Shown: positions 1-9,764 of the stretch, in pieces
How the letters are laid out: the number at the start of each line of letters is the position of its first letter
Position numbering within the stretch: position 1 is the stretch's first letter
IMG/VR virus record: IMGVR_UViG_3300027659_000028
Source: an uncultured virus (IMG/VR IMGVR_UViG_3300027659_000028)
Taxonomy: Duplodnaviria; Heunggongvirae; Uroviricota; Caudoviricetes
Length of the DNA: 64,000 nucleotides
Reading direction: 5' to 3' (one strand)
The notes under the pieces: model-generated
What the model was told of the DNA's origin: nothing
What the model saw: the letters and a program-made list of their open reading frames with translations, nothing else
Databases searched by the model: none
Made by a program: the position numbers and the translations under genes

Positions 1-279
1 TACAGGGGCGCGGGTGGCGAATCTCGGCACAGCCAGCGCATCGAGGCTGGCGTTGACTTGCAGGCCCAATGCCGTGTTCGCGGCGAAGGTGGCGAGCGTA
101 GCAGGAATGTCGGCGTTCAGCACGGCGAGCAGGCGGTCGGTTGGGAGGCTCCAGAACTGCGCGTTGGTTGTTGCGAGCGTCGAAGCGAGATGGTGAGTTG
201 CCTCTCCAGCTTGCAGGACGAGGTGTTCCTTGGCCTGTAAGTCGGCTTCGGCGGTGGTGAGTTGGCGAATGATGGACAT
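1..279 (-). CDS. hypothetical protein downstream of tail fibre (partial, runs off window)
   Basis: ATG at 279, open frame MSIIRQLTTAEADLQAKEHL... to window edge; follows tail fibre stop by 8 nt. Confidence 0.7.
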   Translation of the reverse strand, partial: MSIIRQLTTAEADLQAKEHLVLQAGEATHHLASTLATTNAQFWSLPTDRLLAVLNADIPATLATFAANTALGLQVNASLDALAVPRFATRAPV

Positions 280-287
280 GGTATTGG

Positions 288-2852
288 TTAGTAAAGAATA
301 CAGACGGGGTGGGTAGCTGCCGAGTAGCTGGACGGTCTGCGGACTTCTGGACTACTCATGTCCGCTGGCAAGGAGCTGATCCCGCCAGTCGCAAGGATGC
401 CAAAGGCTCCGACGTTTGCACTCAGATCTCGCGGACACGCATTGAAAACCTCCCTAAATCCTGCATTGGCCCCAGCTTGATCTGTGGCCCTAACCACCAG
501 ATTGGTTCCATTGTTAGTTACCCATTCAGCAGCACCTTTCGACGGGAGCAATGCGACGTAGAACAATCCAGAAACTTGGCCGACATTGATGGTAGCCTCG
601 ACAAGGTTGGAGACACTTGCACATGACCATTGCCAAACATCTCCGAGCCGTGTTTTTGGGAATCCGCTCGCGTCTGGCAAATAAATACCCCCATATAAAA
701 CATCCGCCACACTCGTCCCAGCCGTGATGGCGATGGCGCATTTTGTGTAGGTGCGGATTTTTGCAATGTAAAACGGCACGAATACAACTCCCGCCGGATT
801 TCCGGCAGGGGACCCAAAGGAAAACGAATAAGTGCCGCCGAATCTGCCACCCAGTACCGGTGCTGTTGCCGTGTTCAGCGTCTGTTGCAAGACGACCGTT
901 TGCGGATCGAGATCGTATTTCCCGCGAGGGCCATACCTCGCGTCCCCATCCGCCCTAGTAATCAAGCTGGTCGCCGCTGGCGTCCCCGTGCCGCTGGATG
1001 TCGGGCGGGTGGTGGAGTCGAAGATCTGCGCCCCGCTGAACGTCTGTGTGCCGCTTGATGGGTTGGTCAGCGCGACCGTGCCGTCGGCGTTCGGAAACGC
1101 AATGGCGCGGTCATCGGTCGGGCTGTGGGAGAGCGTGGTGGTGTGAAAGCCGTTGAAGAGATTGAAGGTCGCGCGCGACTGGATGTATGCGTTGGCTCCG
1201 CTTGTGCTGATGAAGGCGTTTTCTCCGTTTGTGATGATGTAGGCGTTTTCTCCGTAAGTGGAGATGAGGGCGTCGCTTCCTAATGTGTAGATGGCGGCGT
1301 AGGTTCCGCCTGTGTTTATGTTTGCGTCGCTACCGCTTGTGGAGATATGGGCGAGTTCTCCGCTTGTGCTGATGGTTGCGTCGTCTCCGCTTGTAAAAAT
1401 ATCTGCGTTGCTCCCGCTCGTAGAGATGGAGGCATTGGTCCCGCTTGTGGAGATGGGGGAGTCGTCACCGAGTGTGTAGATTCCGGCACTGGCTCCGGTT
1501 GTGGTGATGCTGGCGTCGATTCCGCTTGTGCTGATGGTGGCATTGCTCCCGCTGGTGGTCACCGATCCGGTAAACACCGGCGAATCCAGCGGGGCCTTGA
1601 GCGCGAGGGCGTCGAAGACTGCGTTGCCGGAGACTGCATTGCTGCTACCGTCGATGACGGTGGCATCAACTGTGGCGGCAGGGGGGATATCGCTCGTCAG
1701 GGCGATGGTTCCGCTTGTGTTCGGACCTGTCAGGTTGCCTGTGCCTGTGGCGAAGGAGCCGCCAGCGCCAGTGGTGATTGATCCAGTTGCGCTTGTGGAG
1801 ATGCTCCCTTGGGCGTTGATGGTCTTGCCGTCTGCAATCGTCAGGGTCGCGTTGTTGGCGGGCTGGGTGATGCTGACCCTATTGATACTAGATGCCGAAA
1901 GACCACCTACTACATTGAACTCAACCAGCTTGCCAGCATCCGCTGCTCCGTTGCCTCCGGTGCTGCCGCTCGCAGAGATCACGCTGCCTGTGATGGAAAT
2001 GCCGTCGCCTGCGGTGAGGCTGGTGCCTTCGCCGGGATCGCCCTTGTCCGCAACCGGCGTCCACGACGCGTTGATTGCTCCGGGTGCGGGAGGGTATCCC
2101 GGATTGTTGGGATTTCCGGTTCGGTAATAAAACCCTCCGCTGTAAGTCACCGCGTCGCCGATAGCATAATCGGCTCCATTGTCATACGCGCCCACAAAGA
2201 CCCATGGCGGCGGTCCTTGTGGTCCGGTGACGCCGATGCCGTCCATGCCGGGTGAGCCGGGTGCGCCGGGTGAGCCGGGGATGCCTTGGGGGCCTTGGGG
2301 GCCGGGGATATTGGATGGTGCTCCGTTTTGACCGGCAAGGCCGGTAGGGCCGATAGGGCCGGTGTTCCCGATAGGCCCGATAGGGCCGATGGGGCCGATA
2401 GGGCCGGTGGCTCCGATGGCTCCTTGCGGGCCTGCGGGGCCGACGACTGAAATTTGCGGGTCTTCCACCACAAAGATGGGACCGGTGGGCCCGGAAAGCC
2501 GGGTGACGTCACGGTTCAGGGTGAGGGTGCCGGACGCTACGGTGCGCGTGTGGTTAGGCGCGGCGATTTGGTAGGCTTGAATGTCCCAGACATATTCCCC
2601 GGCGGTAGCCTCGAAGGCCGGACTATCTCGGAAGGTGTCGGCCCGGAATACCTCCACGTTGGCGGTGTTGCCGCTTACCGTGATCCCATAGGTAGATGTC
2701 TTTTGAAAGAGACGTTGCGCGTCTGTCTGCGAGGCGTTTGCCTTGACTGTGAACAGCAGCGTCCAGCCGGTTCCCGGCGCGAAAGGACGTCCATTCCACC
2801 GCAGCGGAACACTGTGGGTTTTAGAATCGCCGATGTTCTGGTAAAGAATCAT
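288..2852 (-). CDS. tail fibre / receptor-binding protein with collagen-like and 11-aa repeats
   Basis: 854 aa; G-X-Y repeats (GPIGPIGPI...), [19 protein letters not shown] carbohydrate-binding-like motif, tandem ISTSG-x6 repeats, structural-module context. Confidence 0.8.
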   Translation of the reverse strand: MILYQNIGDSKTHSVPLRWNGRPFAPGTGWTLLFTVKANASQTDAQRLFQKTSTYGITVSGNTANVEVFRADTFRDSPAFEATAGEYVWDIQAYQIAAPNHTRTVASGTLTLNRDVTRLSGPTGPIFVVEDPQISVVGPAGPQGAIGATGPIGPIGPIGPIGNTGPIGPTGLAGQNGAPSNIPGPQGPQGIPGSPGAPGSPGMDGIGVTGPQGPPPWVFVGAYDNGADYAIGDAVTYSGGFYYRTGNPNNPGYPPAPGAINASWTPVADKGDPGEGTSLTAGDGISITGSVISASGSTGGNGAADAGKLVEFNVVGGLSASSINRVSITQPANNATLTIADGKTINAQGSISTSATGSITTGAGGSFATGTGNLTGPNTSGTIALTSDIPPAATVDATVIDGSSNAVSGNAVFDALALKAPLDSPVFTGSVTTSGSNATISTSGIDASITTTGASAGIYTLGDDSPISTSGTNASISTSGSNADIFTSGDDATISTSGELAHISTSGSDANINTGGTYAAIYTLGSDALISTYGENAYIITNGENAFISTSGANAYIQSRATFNLFNGFHTTTLSHSPTDDRAIAFPNADGTVALTNPSSGTQTFSGAQIFDSTTRPTSSGTGTPAATSLITRADGDARYGPRGKYDLDPQTVVLQQTLNTATAPVLGGRFGGTYSFSFGSPAGNPAGVVFVPFYIAKIRTYTKCAIAITAGTSVADVLYGGIYLPDASGFPKTRLGDVWQWSCASVSNLVEATINVGQVSGLFYVALLPSKGAAEWVTNNGTNLVVRATDQAGANAGFREVFNACPRDLSANVGAFGILATGGISSLPADMSSPEVRRPSSYSAATHPVCILY
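1190..1560 (-). repeat. about 33-bp tandem repeats encoding 11-aa ISTSG units in the tail fibre
   Basis: recurring ccgcttgtg(c/g)..atg units; protein repeats ISTSGxxAxIx. Confidence 0.75.
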
Positions 2853-2869
2853 GGTTTAGCCGGGCTAAA

Positions 2870-2909
2870 GAAAGAGAGAGCCCGCCTTCGCTCTGGACGA
2901 AGACGGGCC
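2870..2909 (-). terminator. probable intrinsic terminator
   Basis: GC hairpin gcccgccttcg/cgaagacgggc followed on minus strand by a pyrimidine/T tract. Confidence 0.55.
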
Positions 2910-2916
2910 GGTTGGA

Positions 2917-3201
2917 TTACGTCGCAGTGCGATACCAGATGCCGCCGACAGCCTTGCAGGTGCCGGAGGTGTTCACAGCCACGGTTGCCAGCCCGACAAG
3001 AGTGTCGGGTGCGGTGACACCAAAAGTGGCTGTGCCGGATGTGGATACAATGGTAAACTCGTTCTTTTTCCCTTTGGAAGAAGGAAGAGTGTAGGTCGCG
3101 GTAGCAGTAGTCACCGTGACCTTACGACTAAGAGTTGCAGCGGCCCCAAGGGTGCTGATCTTCTTGTTGTAAGTGGTCAAAGACGGAACGATTTGTTTCA
3201 T
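2917..3201 (-). CDS. small Thr-rich structural protein (possible capsid decoration protein)
   Basis: MKQIVPSLTT... 94 aa, beta-rich composition, directly downstream of the capsid gene. Confidence 0.55.
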   Translation of the reverse strand: MKQIVPSLTTYNKKISTLGAAATLSRKVTVTTATATYTLPSSKGKKNEFTIVSTSGTATFGVTAPDTLVGLATVAVNTSGTCKAVGGIWYRTAT

Positions 3202-3227
3202 GATGATTTTAAGTAGGCCCGTTAAGC

Positions 3228-3263
3228 AGAAAACCCCGGCCCGGATGGGCGTCCGAACCGGGG
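3228..3263 (-). terminator. intrinsic terminator after the major capsid gene
   Basis: minus strand ccccggttcggacgcccatccgggccgggg followed by tttt. Confidence 0.65.
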
Positions 3264-3278
3264 ATAACACACTACTGT

Positions 3279-4784
3279 TTAGCCAAGCGAGCTGCCATCA
3301 ATGATGCGGCCGTCTGGGAGGGCTACTGCGAGGTGACGGATCACGACGCCAAACTCCGGAGAGTCGGGGCGGGTGCCGTTCGACCACACGCCACGGAACT
3401 GGCCGATGGAGCCGTCCGGGTTGTCATCGCGGTGTTCGTAGTTGGTCCAGCGGTAGTTGCCCGCGTAGTTCATCGCAGGGAAACTGGCTTGACCCACCGA
3501 GGTGATCGGCTTTGGAACCAGCGTGGTGCAGACACCTTGATGGAAGATGTAGCTGTCTTCCCAAGTGGCGGTGAGCCAAGCGGGGTTAGGGACGCGCTTG
3601 AGTCTTGAGGTGCCGTCACCGGTGGTTCCGGTTGTGGCGACGTGGAACTGGGGAACAGCATACCAAGCGGCGCAGGTGGCGGCGGCGACGACCGGGAAAG
3701 ATCCGGAGGCCACTGCTGTGCCATCTGCTCGTTTCACAAGGAGCGTTCCAGCACCAGAGCGAGTTGCAAGGTCGAACACTCCAGACTGAGTGAGACGCTT
3801 CGACACGACGTAGTCAAAAGAACCGATACGGATGGTGGTTCCTTTATAAGGAATGTATGGCGTAACGGTGTAAGACACAACTCCCGTGGCGGCGAGAGAG
3901 AACGAACCTAGCGAGCTTTGCTCCCAACGATTGGACTTCTCGTCGCAGGTGTGGACAAAGCCGTTGTAGCTGACCTTTTGGCCCATCGACTTGAGCAAAT
4001 ACTCGTTCTGCGAGCTGTAGCGGAAGTCCTCGCGGCGTTCCGGATCAGCCGTCACCAGACGGCGCGAAGAACGCGGCGAGGTGATGAGTGAGTAGCTGGA
4101 GCTGCCACCGGCTTCGCCGAGCGCACCCGCACCTGCACCTTGATGGTTCAGGTATTCGTAGATGAGGTCGGTGAACTCGTTGGTTAGGATGGAGGAGTCG
4201 GTTCCCGTTGGAGCAGGGAAAGCGACAGAACCATACAGACTGTTGGTCAAATTGAAGCCCGAGTCCAGAACGATGAGCTTGTCAGCCACGCGGGTGTATT
4301 CGCTGCGGCCACGGTTGATTTGCAGCTCGCGGCCTTGGTCGGCAAGGGCGTCGGTGCAGGCACCCATTTGCTTCACGCGCTGGAACTTGTCGCGAAGGTT
4401 GTTGGTGTTCATCGGTGGACCCCACACAGCTTTGTGTTGGAGGCGATAGTCACGGAGGGTTTCCGTGAAGGTGACGGTGTCCGCAGGAGGGAGGCCGTCG
4501 CCGTTGCCAGTGAGGTGGTTCGCTTCCGAGTCGTTGAGGGTGACGTCGGTGGCGACATCGGCCCAATCCACTTCTTCAACGAGATCAGCAGCAAGACCGG
4601 TTTCAGACAGCATAGCGCGGTCAAACTGCATGGTCTTTTGCTTGCTGGACATTTCATCGCCCCATGTTTCCTTTTTGCCAAGGGTGATCCAAGGGGTTGG
4701 ACGGGCCATGATCTTTTGGTTGATCATTGGTCCGATTTGAGGTGCTTGTTGGACCATGAGGTCCGTGACGGAATAGGTAGCCAT
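3279..4784 (-). CDS. major capsid protein (probable)
   Basis: 501 aa; order terL-portal-scaffold-this gene; strong codon bias; followed by terminator. Confidence 0.7.
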   Translation of the reverse strand: MATYSVTDLMVQQAPQIGPMINQKIMARPTPWITLGKKETWGDEMSSKQKTMQFDRAMLSETGLAADLVEEVDWADVATDVTLNDSEANHLTGNGDGLPPADTVTFTETLRDYRLQHKAVWGPPMNTNNLRDKFQRVKQMGACTDALADQGRELQINRGRSEYTRVADKLIVLDSGFNLTNSLYGSVAFPAPTGTDSSILTNEFTDLIYEYLNHQGAGAGALGEAGGSSSYSLITSPRSSRRLVTADPERREDFRYSSQNEYLLKSMGQKVSYNGFVHTCDEKSNRWEQSSLGSFSLAATGVVSYTVTPYIPYKGTTIRIGSFDYVVSKRLTQSGVFDLATRSGAGTLLVKRADGTAVASGSFPVVAAATCAAWYAVPQFHVATTGTTGDGTSRLKRVPNPAWLTATWEDSYIFHQGVCTTLVPKPITSVGQASFPAMNYAGNYRWTNYEHRDDNPDGSIGQFRGVWSNGTRPDSPEFGVVIRHLAVALPDGRIIDGSSLG

Positions 4785-5049
4785 AATTTTAGGTGGTTAT
4801 CGAGATTTGTTTAGCCCGGCTAAAGACGCATGGCGTCAGGTTGGTTAATGCCGGAAAAATGGAAAACAGAGCTGACGCATGGGCGCTTGCTCAACGGATG
4901 CTTTCTAACTAGGACGATAACGCACGAACTGGCGGACTAGGACCTTCTTTAGAACACGCCTTGTCGTTGTGTTCGGGAAGGTTTTGCCCTAATCCGCCAG
5001 AGGAGTCAACTACCAATGTTGAGAAATCTTGAAATTCCTCAAATCTTTA

Positions 5050-6258
5050 TTAATTCGTGAAGGCATAGTCGGCGGCCATCGCCTCCATGAAGTCCTTCGG
5101 CTTATTGCCGTCGGGCTTGGTGGCTTGCACCGAACCACCTGCTTTGGCGGCGGTGCGGACGCTCTTGACGTCTTCCTTCTCATACACGGACAGGCGCTTC
5201 TTGAGGGCGACCAGTTCTTTCATCGCGTGGGGCAGGGCGGACCCGGCGAACGCGGCGAACGCCATGTCATTTGCTTTAGCCCGGCTAAAGTCAATCGCCA
5301 GCCCCTTGGAGACCAGTTCCTTGAACTTGGGCGTCTCGCCGTCCTCGTCGACAAAACCGGGGATGACTTCCTTGTATTTGTCCCAAATCGACTTCTGGAG
5401 GGTTTGGACGCTGACGCGTTGGTCGGCCAGCAGCTTGCGCTCGGACTCGACGCGCTGAATTTTCTGACGCTCCAGCTCCTGCTCGGCGTTGGCCATCATC
5501 TGCTCGCGCTTCTCGACGAGGTCGCCAAACTTCTCGCCAAAAGACAACACCTTGGATTGGATGACAAGGGACGCCTCGCCGAAGTGGGTGGACATGAGTT
5601 CTTCTTGAACCACCGGGTCGCGCTCCTTGATGATTTGGCGGAGGATTTGGGGATCGAGCTGAAGGCGCTCCGAAAGCTGGTCGGCTTGGGTGAAGATGGA
5701 CGCGGCGGGCTGCACCACCTCGCGCTGGTAAACGTCTTCCGACTCCACCTTGAGCTTGGCGCTTTGCGAGCTGACGTCGGCAAGACGGGCTTTAAGTCCT
5801 TCGATCTCGGAGGTTTTCAACTCAAGCTCTTGCAGCTTGGCTTGCACCTCGGGGGTGACGGAGGATTGTTTGGCGGCTTTGAGTTCGGCCTTGAGGGCGC
5901 GGAACTTCTCACCGGCCTTGGCTTCCATCCCTTTCACCTCCTCCTCGGTTTGCTTGTCGAAAGCCTCCTCGTTGAAGTCGCCTTCCTTGACTGGCTCCTT
6001 GGTCTCTGTGGGCGTCTCTGGCGCGTCGGAGAAGAAGTCCTCCTCAATGACAGGGATGGTGTCTTCCGGCTCGTCCTTGGGCTCGTCAGAAGCTTGTGAG
6101 ACGGGTGTTACAGACTCGGGCTCGACATCCGGTGCGGAAGGTTGGGCTTCCTGACCAGCCTGCGGGCCGTCAAAAAACTTGTCCATTGCGGCCATGATGT
6201 CGCCATCGGGATTGCCCCAGTTTTCCGGGGCCAGTTCGTTTGTGTTTTCTTCAGACAT
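5050..6258 (-). CDS. capsid scaffolding protein (probable)
   Basis: 402 aa, acidic Pro-rich N-terminus, long coiled coil, between portal and capsid. Confidence 0.65.
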   Translation of the reverse strand: MSEENTNELAPENWGNPDGDIMAAMDKFFDGPQAGQEAQPSAPDVEPESVTPVSQASDEPKDEPEDTIPVIEEDFFSDAPETPTETKEPVKEGDFNEEAFDKQTEEEVKGMEAKAGEKFRALKAELKAAKQSSVTPEVQAKLQELELKTSEIEGLKARLADVSSQSAKLKVESEDVYQREVVQPAASIFTQADQLSERLQLDPQILRQIIKERDPVVQEELMSTHFGEASLVIQSKVLSFGEKFGDLVEKREQMMANAEQELERQKIQRVESERKLLADQRVSVQTLQKSIWDKYKEVIPGFVDEDGETPKFKELVSKGLAIDFSRAKANDMAFAAFAGSALPHAMKELVALKKRLSVYEKEDVKSVRTAAKAGGSVQATKPDGNKPKDFMEAMAADYAFTN

Positions 6259-6415
6259 AGTGTGTTTGGTTGGAGATTATTTCCATTGATTCTTGTTTGC
6301 GGCCAGCCAGTAACTTTTCCAGAACCAATAACGGCGAGGGCCATAAAGAAGTTGAAATCTCAATCGATCTTCAAAAGGAAGATTCTTAATCCATGGGTGA
6401 TTACTGATCATGATT

Positions 6416-6676
6416 TTAGTTGTTGGTCGGCTTGAGGCGGCGGGCGGTGGAGCCTTCAAAAGACGGCTTGATCTCCGCCAACGCGTAAAGCTTCAGCAAC
6501 ACCGCCACGGCCCCTTCGGTGTGGTTGTAGGCCATCGCGCAGGCTTCCAGCGTGGAGGCCCCGCGCTTGTCGCGGAACACCCCGTTGAGGGCTTCTTCGA
6601 TGGCTTTGCTGAACGTCTGACTGGAAAGCAGCGTCTTGAGGTCCTGCTGCTCTAGGACGGATAGTGTGTGTTTCAT
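6416..6676 (-). CDS. small hypothetical protein downstream of portal
   Basis: 86 aa; palindrome 5 nt upstream of ATG. Confidence 0.65.
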   Translation of the reverse strand: MKHTLSVLEQQDLKTLLSSQTFSKAIEEALNGVFRDKRGASTLEACAMAYNHTEGAVAVLLKLYALAEIKPSFEGSTARRLKPTNN

Positions 6677-6691
6677 GAATCTTTAGCCGGG

Positions 6692-9016
6692 CTAAACTTG
6701 CGTGGCCTTGAGGCGTTGGAGCTTGGCCTGCGCCTCGGCGTCCTTGGTGACCAGTCCGCTCATCGCCTTCTGGGCTTCCGCCACTTGCTTCCATTCCCCG
6801 GCCTTTTTGATGTTCTCCAGCTTGAGTAGGCCAATTTGCATTTCCTGCTGCATCTTTTGGCGGTGCTTCATGTCGCTCACCTGCATCTCTTGCTGGGTTT
6901 TCTGTTGTTGCTTCTGATCTTCGCTGAGCTCTTGCGGCTGGCCACCTTGTGGCTCCTGACCCTCTCCCTCTTGCGCCGCCTTGTTGATCATCTTCAAGCC
7001 GTTGACCACAATTTCGCCCACCTGTTGCACCGCTTGCTGGTGCATGTTCAGCTCAGGCTGCACGCTCTCGTGCACCACCGTGATTTCCAAGGTGGCGACG
7101 CAGTGGTCGTAAAGCATCTGGTGCTCCATGGTCCATTGCATGAGGTCCACCTGCCCCTCGTCCACACCCTGAAGACCTTCCTTGAGCTTGTTGATGTGGA
7201 TGGGGAGATGCACCATGTGGAGCTGACCGTCCTTCGGGTCCATGTAGTCGCCTTCAAGAAGTTGGAAGTTTTCCAAGGTGGCAATCGAGTCGTCGTAAGG
7301 AATCCGTGTTTCGTTCGGTGTTCCGGCGTAGCGGTCGGCCAAGTCTACCCCACCCAACATGATCAGGCGGTCGTAGTCGAAATTCTTGCGGCCCACCGCG
7401 TCCCACGTCGAATAACCTTGCTGGATTTGATCCATCAGCATGATCCGTGACGCACGTGATCCGGTGCCAATGATCCGGGTGGCCTGCACCCGCTTGAAGT
7501 CGATTTGCTTGAAGACGCTCTCAGGCACGCCACGGGCCACGCAGCGGGCCTTCATCTCGCGCACGCGGGCCGCAGCCTGCTTGTCCTTCTGCCTCACCGT
7601 GAACGCCCGACGCACCTTCTCCTTGGTGATTTTGTCGTAAGGACCGTAGAACAACGTGACAGCGAAGCTGTTGAGCTTGTTGATGAAATCGAGCTTGGAG
7701 CTCACTTCCAACTTGGTCTGACGGCTCTTGTCGTCGTTCATCATCATGTCGCCGGAAGCCAATCCGCCGGTCGCCCGGTTCAGGATGGAACGCGTCTCGT
7801 TGATGGCGGGCATCAAGGCGTTGTTCAAATTGATCCCCACCTGACGGTCGGGCATCTTCATGGTCGGCGGGATCATGATGGCCGAGCCGGAGTCGATGAG
7901 CATCATGTCCTGCTCGTCTTCCGTGGAAGCTGGCTGGAGAATCAACGACGACCCGACCCGGGCATTATCGAGCATCTTGCAATGGAGGATGTCCCCGGCG
8001 TTGCACAGCTGGAAGATCAAATATCCCAAGCCGCGCACCGTGTAGAGCCGCCCGCCGTTACCGACGCTGAAAGGAAAAATCTGGAACGCCTGATCCACCG
8101 AATCGTAGTGGCCGGGTGATTTGAAGATGAACTCCTCGGTTCCGCCCTCTTGGTTGGACAAAGAGTTTTTGGCGGAGATGTAATAAGACCAGCGCCCGTC
8201 AAACTCCCTCACCCACGAATGAATGACGGCGACCTCCTCGCACTGTGAATCGACGTAAATCTCGTTGGCCTTGATCTGGCGCTGCATCTCCTCCCAGTCG
8301 TTCCAGTCGGACTTGACCTGACGGGCACTTTGAAGGATGGCCTTGCGGATGGAAGCTTCGTTCCAACCACTGCCGCCAATCTTGCCAAACAACTCGGTGA
8401 CGCCGTAAGAACCCAGCGAGTGGGTTTGTTCGGTCTTGGAGCTGACGATGCCGCTTTTGCGCGGAAACTTGAAATGGTCGAGACCCGCCACCGAATACTG
8501 CATTGTCTCGTTGTCGTCGAAATAGGCAATGGCCACCCCGTGCTTGACGTAAGTGGCCGCAAGCTGAATGTGCAAGGCCAAGGCCCCGTCATCATCCCTG
8601 TCCATCACCGTGTATTCCTCGGCCAAAATCTGGCTCCACGTCAATGCTTGCTGCTTGTCAACCTCGGGGAGAAGCGGTATGTCAGCCAACACCTTCGGAG
8701 TGGTGTAGATGTCGACGTAGGCAGCTTGCGCCTCGGTCAGAATGGTGGCTCCCTCGCCGGTGGTGATGTTGAAACGGTCGCTCTGACCCTTGTTTTCCAG
8801 CTCGGTGGCGTCGTGTGGCGGCGTATAGTCGGCCAAGCCATCCACCAAAGACCGGTTGAACGAGCTGTCGTTGTCCGCCTCCTTTAGAAGCTCGTAGCTG
8901 TTGCGGGCGGCGGCGGGTGAACCCAACCTCTCCTTCGGCTCCTCCAGCGTTTCGGCGTCGAGGGTTTTCAAGTCGTCAAGCGACTTCTCCGATTCGCGGA
9001 AGAGGGAGGTGGTCAT
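6692..9016 (-). CDS. portal protein (probable)
   Basis: 774 aa, downstream of terminase, Gln-rich coiled-coil C-terminus as in P22-type portals. Confidence 0.75.
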   Translation of the reverse strand: MTTSLFRESEKSLDDLKTLDAETLEEPKERLGSPAAARNSYELLKEADNDSSFNRSLVDGLADYTPPHDATELENKGQSDRFNITTGEGATILTEAQAAYVDIYTTPKVLADIPLLPEVDKQQALTWSQILAEEYTVMDRDDDGALALHIQLAATYVKHGVAIAYFDDNETMQYSVAGLDHFKFPRKSGIVSSKTEQTHSLGSYGVTELFGKIGGSGWNEASIRKAILQSARQVKSDWNDWEEMQRQIKANEIYVDSQCEEVAVIHSWVREFDGRWSYYISAKNSLSNQEGGTEEFIFKSPGHYDSVDQAFQIFPFSVGNGGRLYTVRGLGYLIFQLCNAGDILHCKMLDNARVGSSLILQPASTEDEQDMMLIDSGSAIMIPPTMKMPDRQVGINLNNALMPAINETRSILNRATGGLASGDMMMNDDKSRQTKLEVSSKLDFINKLNSFAVTLFYGPYDKITKEKVRRAFTVRQKDKQAAARVREMKARCVARGVPESVFKQIDFKRVQATRIIGTGSRASRIMLMDQIQQGYSTWDAVGRKNFDYDRLIMLGGVDLADRYAGTPNETRIPYDDSIATLENFQLLEGDYMDPKDGQLHMVHLPIHINKLKEGLQGVDEGQVDLMQWTMEHQMLYDHCVATLEITVVHESVQPELNMHQQAVQQVGEIVVNGLKMINKAAQEGEGQEPQGGQPQELSEDQKQQQKTQQEMQVSDMKHRQKMQQEMQIGLLKLENIKKAGEWKQVAEAQKAMSGLVTKDAEAQAKLQRLKATQV

Positions 9017-9028
9017 ATTGTGTCGAAA

Positions 9029-9400
9029 TTAAACTGGATTCAAAAGAGCAAAAAACGGCTCAAACTCAACAGGCAGGTCGCTCCTGACATCGAATTCAAC
9101 CTCCATAGAGCTCCTCTCATGAAAAGCCTTGATGCACTCGGGGTTGACGCAGTTGCCATCGGGGCCTTTGCGGACCAGTCCAAACCCTTTGCATTTGGAG
9201 TCAGGACACTCGCGCAAGCCGTGAGCCATCGTGTAGGCCCTTTGTTTTGCCGCCATCAAGACGATGTCATGCAACACCCACGCCGCCTCTTTCCTGCCCC
9301 TGTAGAGAGGGACCCATGCTGCCTTGTGTTTCTTGTCGTCACTGATGACGGCTCGGAAGCAGTCGTCTTGCTCCGTAACGGTGAGTTGGAAGGCGTGCAT
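9029..9400 (-). CDS. hypothetical protein with Cys cluster
   Basis: 123 aa; CPDSKC...CVNPEC; palindrome 5 nt upstream of ATG. Confidence 0.6.
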   Translation of the reverse strand: MHAFQLTVTEQDDCFRAVISDDKKHKAAWVPLYRGRKEAAWVLHDIVLMAAKQRAYTMAHGLRECPDSKCKGFGLVRKGPDGNCVNPECIKAFHERSSMEVEFDVRSDLPVEFEPFFALLNPV

Positions 9401-9422
9401 GGGTGTTTAGCCGGGCTAAAGA

Positions 9423-9701
9423 TTAGCGTCCGCGCTCTTGCAGGGCTTCCGGATTGGCAATGATAATCGCAGTTCCCGTCACAGCGGTCACGACAATCGC
9501 CATTTCCGAGTGCGCCCCGTAGTTGATCACGGACTGTTCGGCTGTCACCGTCAGCGGCGTGGCAAACGCTTGGTAGGTTCCCGGCGCGGTCAAATACTTA
9601 ATCGTCGCGGTGATGGTGCCTGACGTAGCTAGGTGAAGCATGCGTCCCGGAGTGATGTCAACAAGGTAGGTGCCTGTCGCAGTGATGGTTAATTTTTGCA
9701 T
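9423..9701 (-). CDS. hypothetical small beta-rich protein
   Basis: MQKLTITATG... 92 aa between terL and portal. Confidence 0.55.
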   Translation of the reverse strand: MQKLTITATGTYLVDITPGRMLHLATSGTITATIKYLTAPGTYQAFATPLTVTAEQSVINYGAHSEMAIVVTAVTGTAIIIANPEALQERGR

Positions 9702-9764
9702 GGGCGATGAAGAAGTTGCGCGTTTTTCCATTAAATTAGCTTGATTGTCAAGCGTTCAAAATAA

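Noticed and set aside
1190..1560. Diversity-generating retroelement target in the tail fibre
   Set aside because: Repeats are tandem coding units; no reverse transcriptase or template/variable repeat pair seen in the window.
5029..8887. Long plus-strand ORFs antisense to scaffold and portal (and similar ones opposite the giant gene)
   Set aside because: Shadow ORFs from GC-rich codon bias; no protein-like features.
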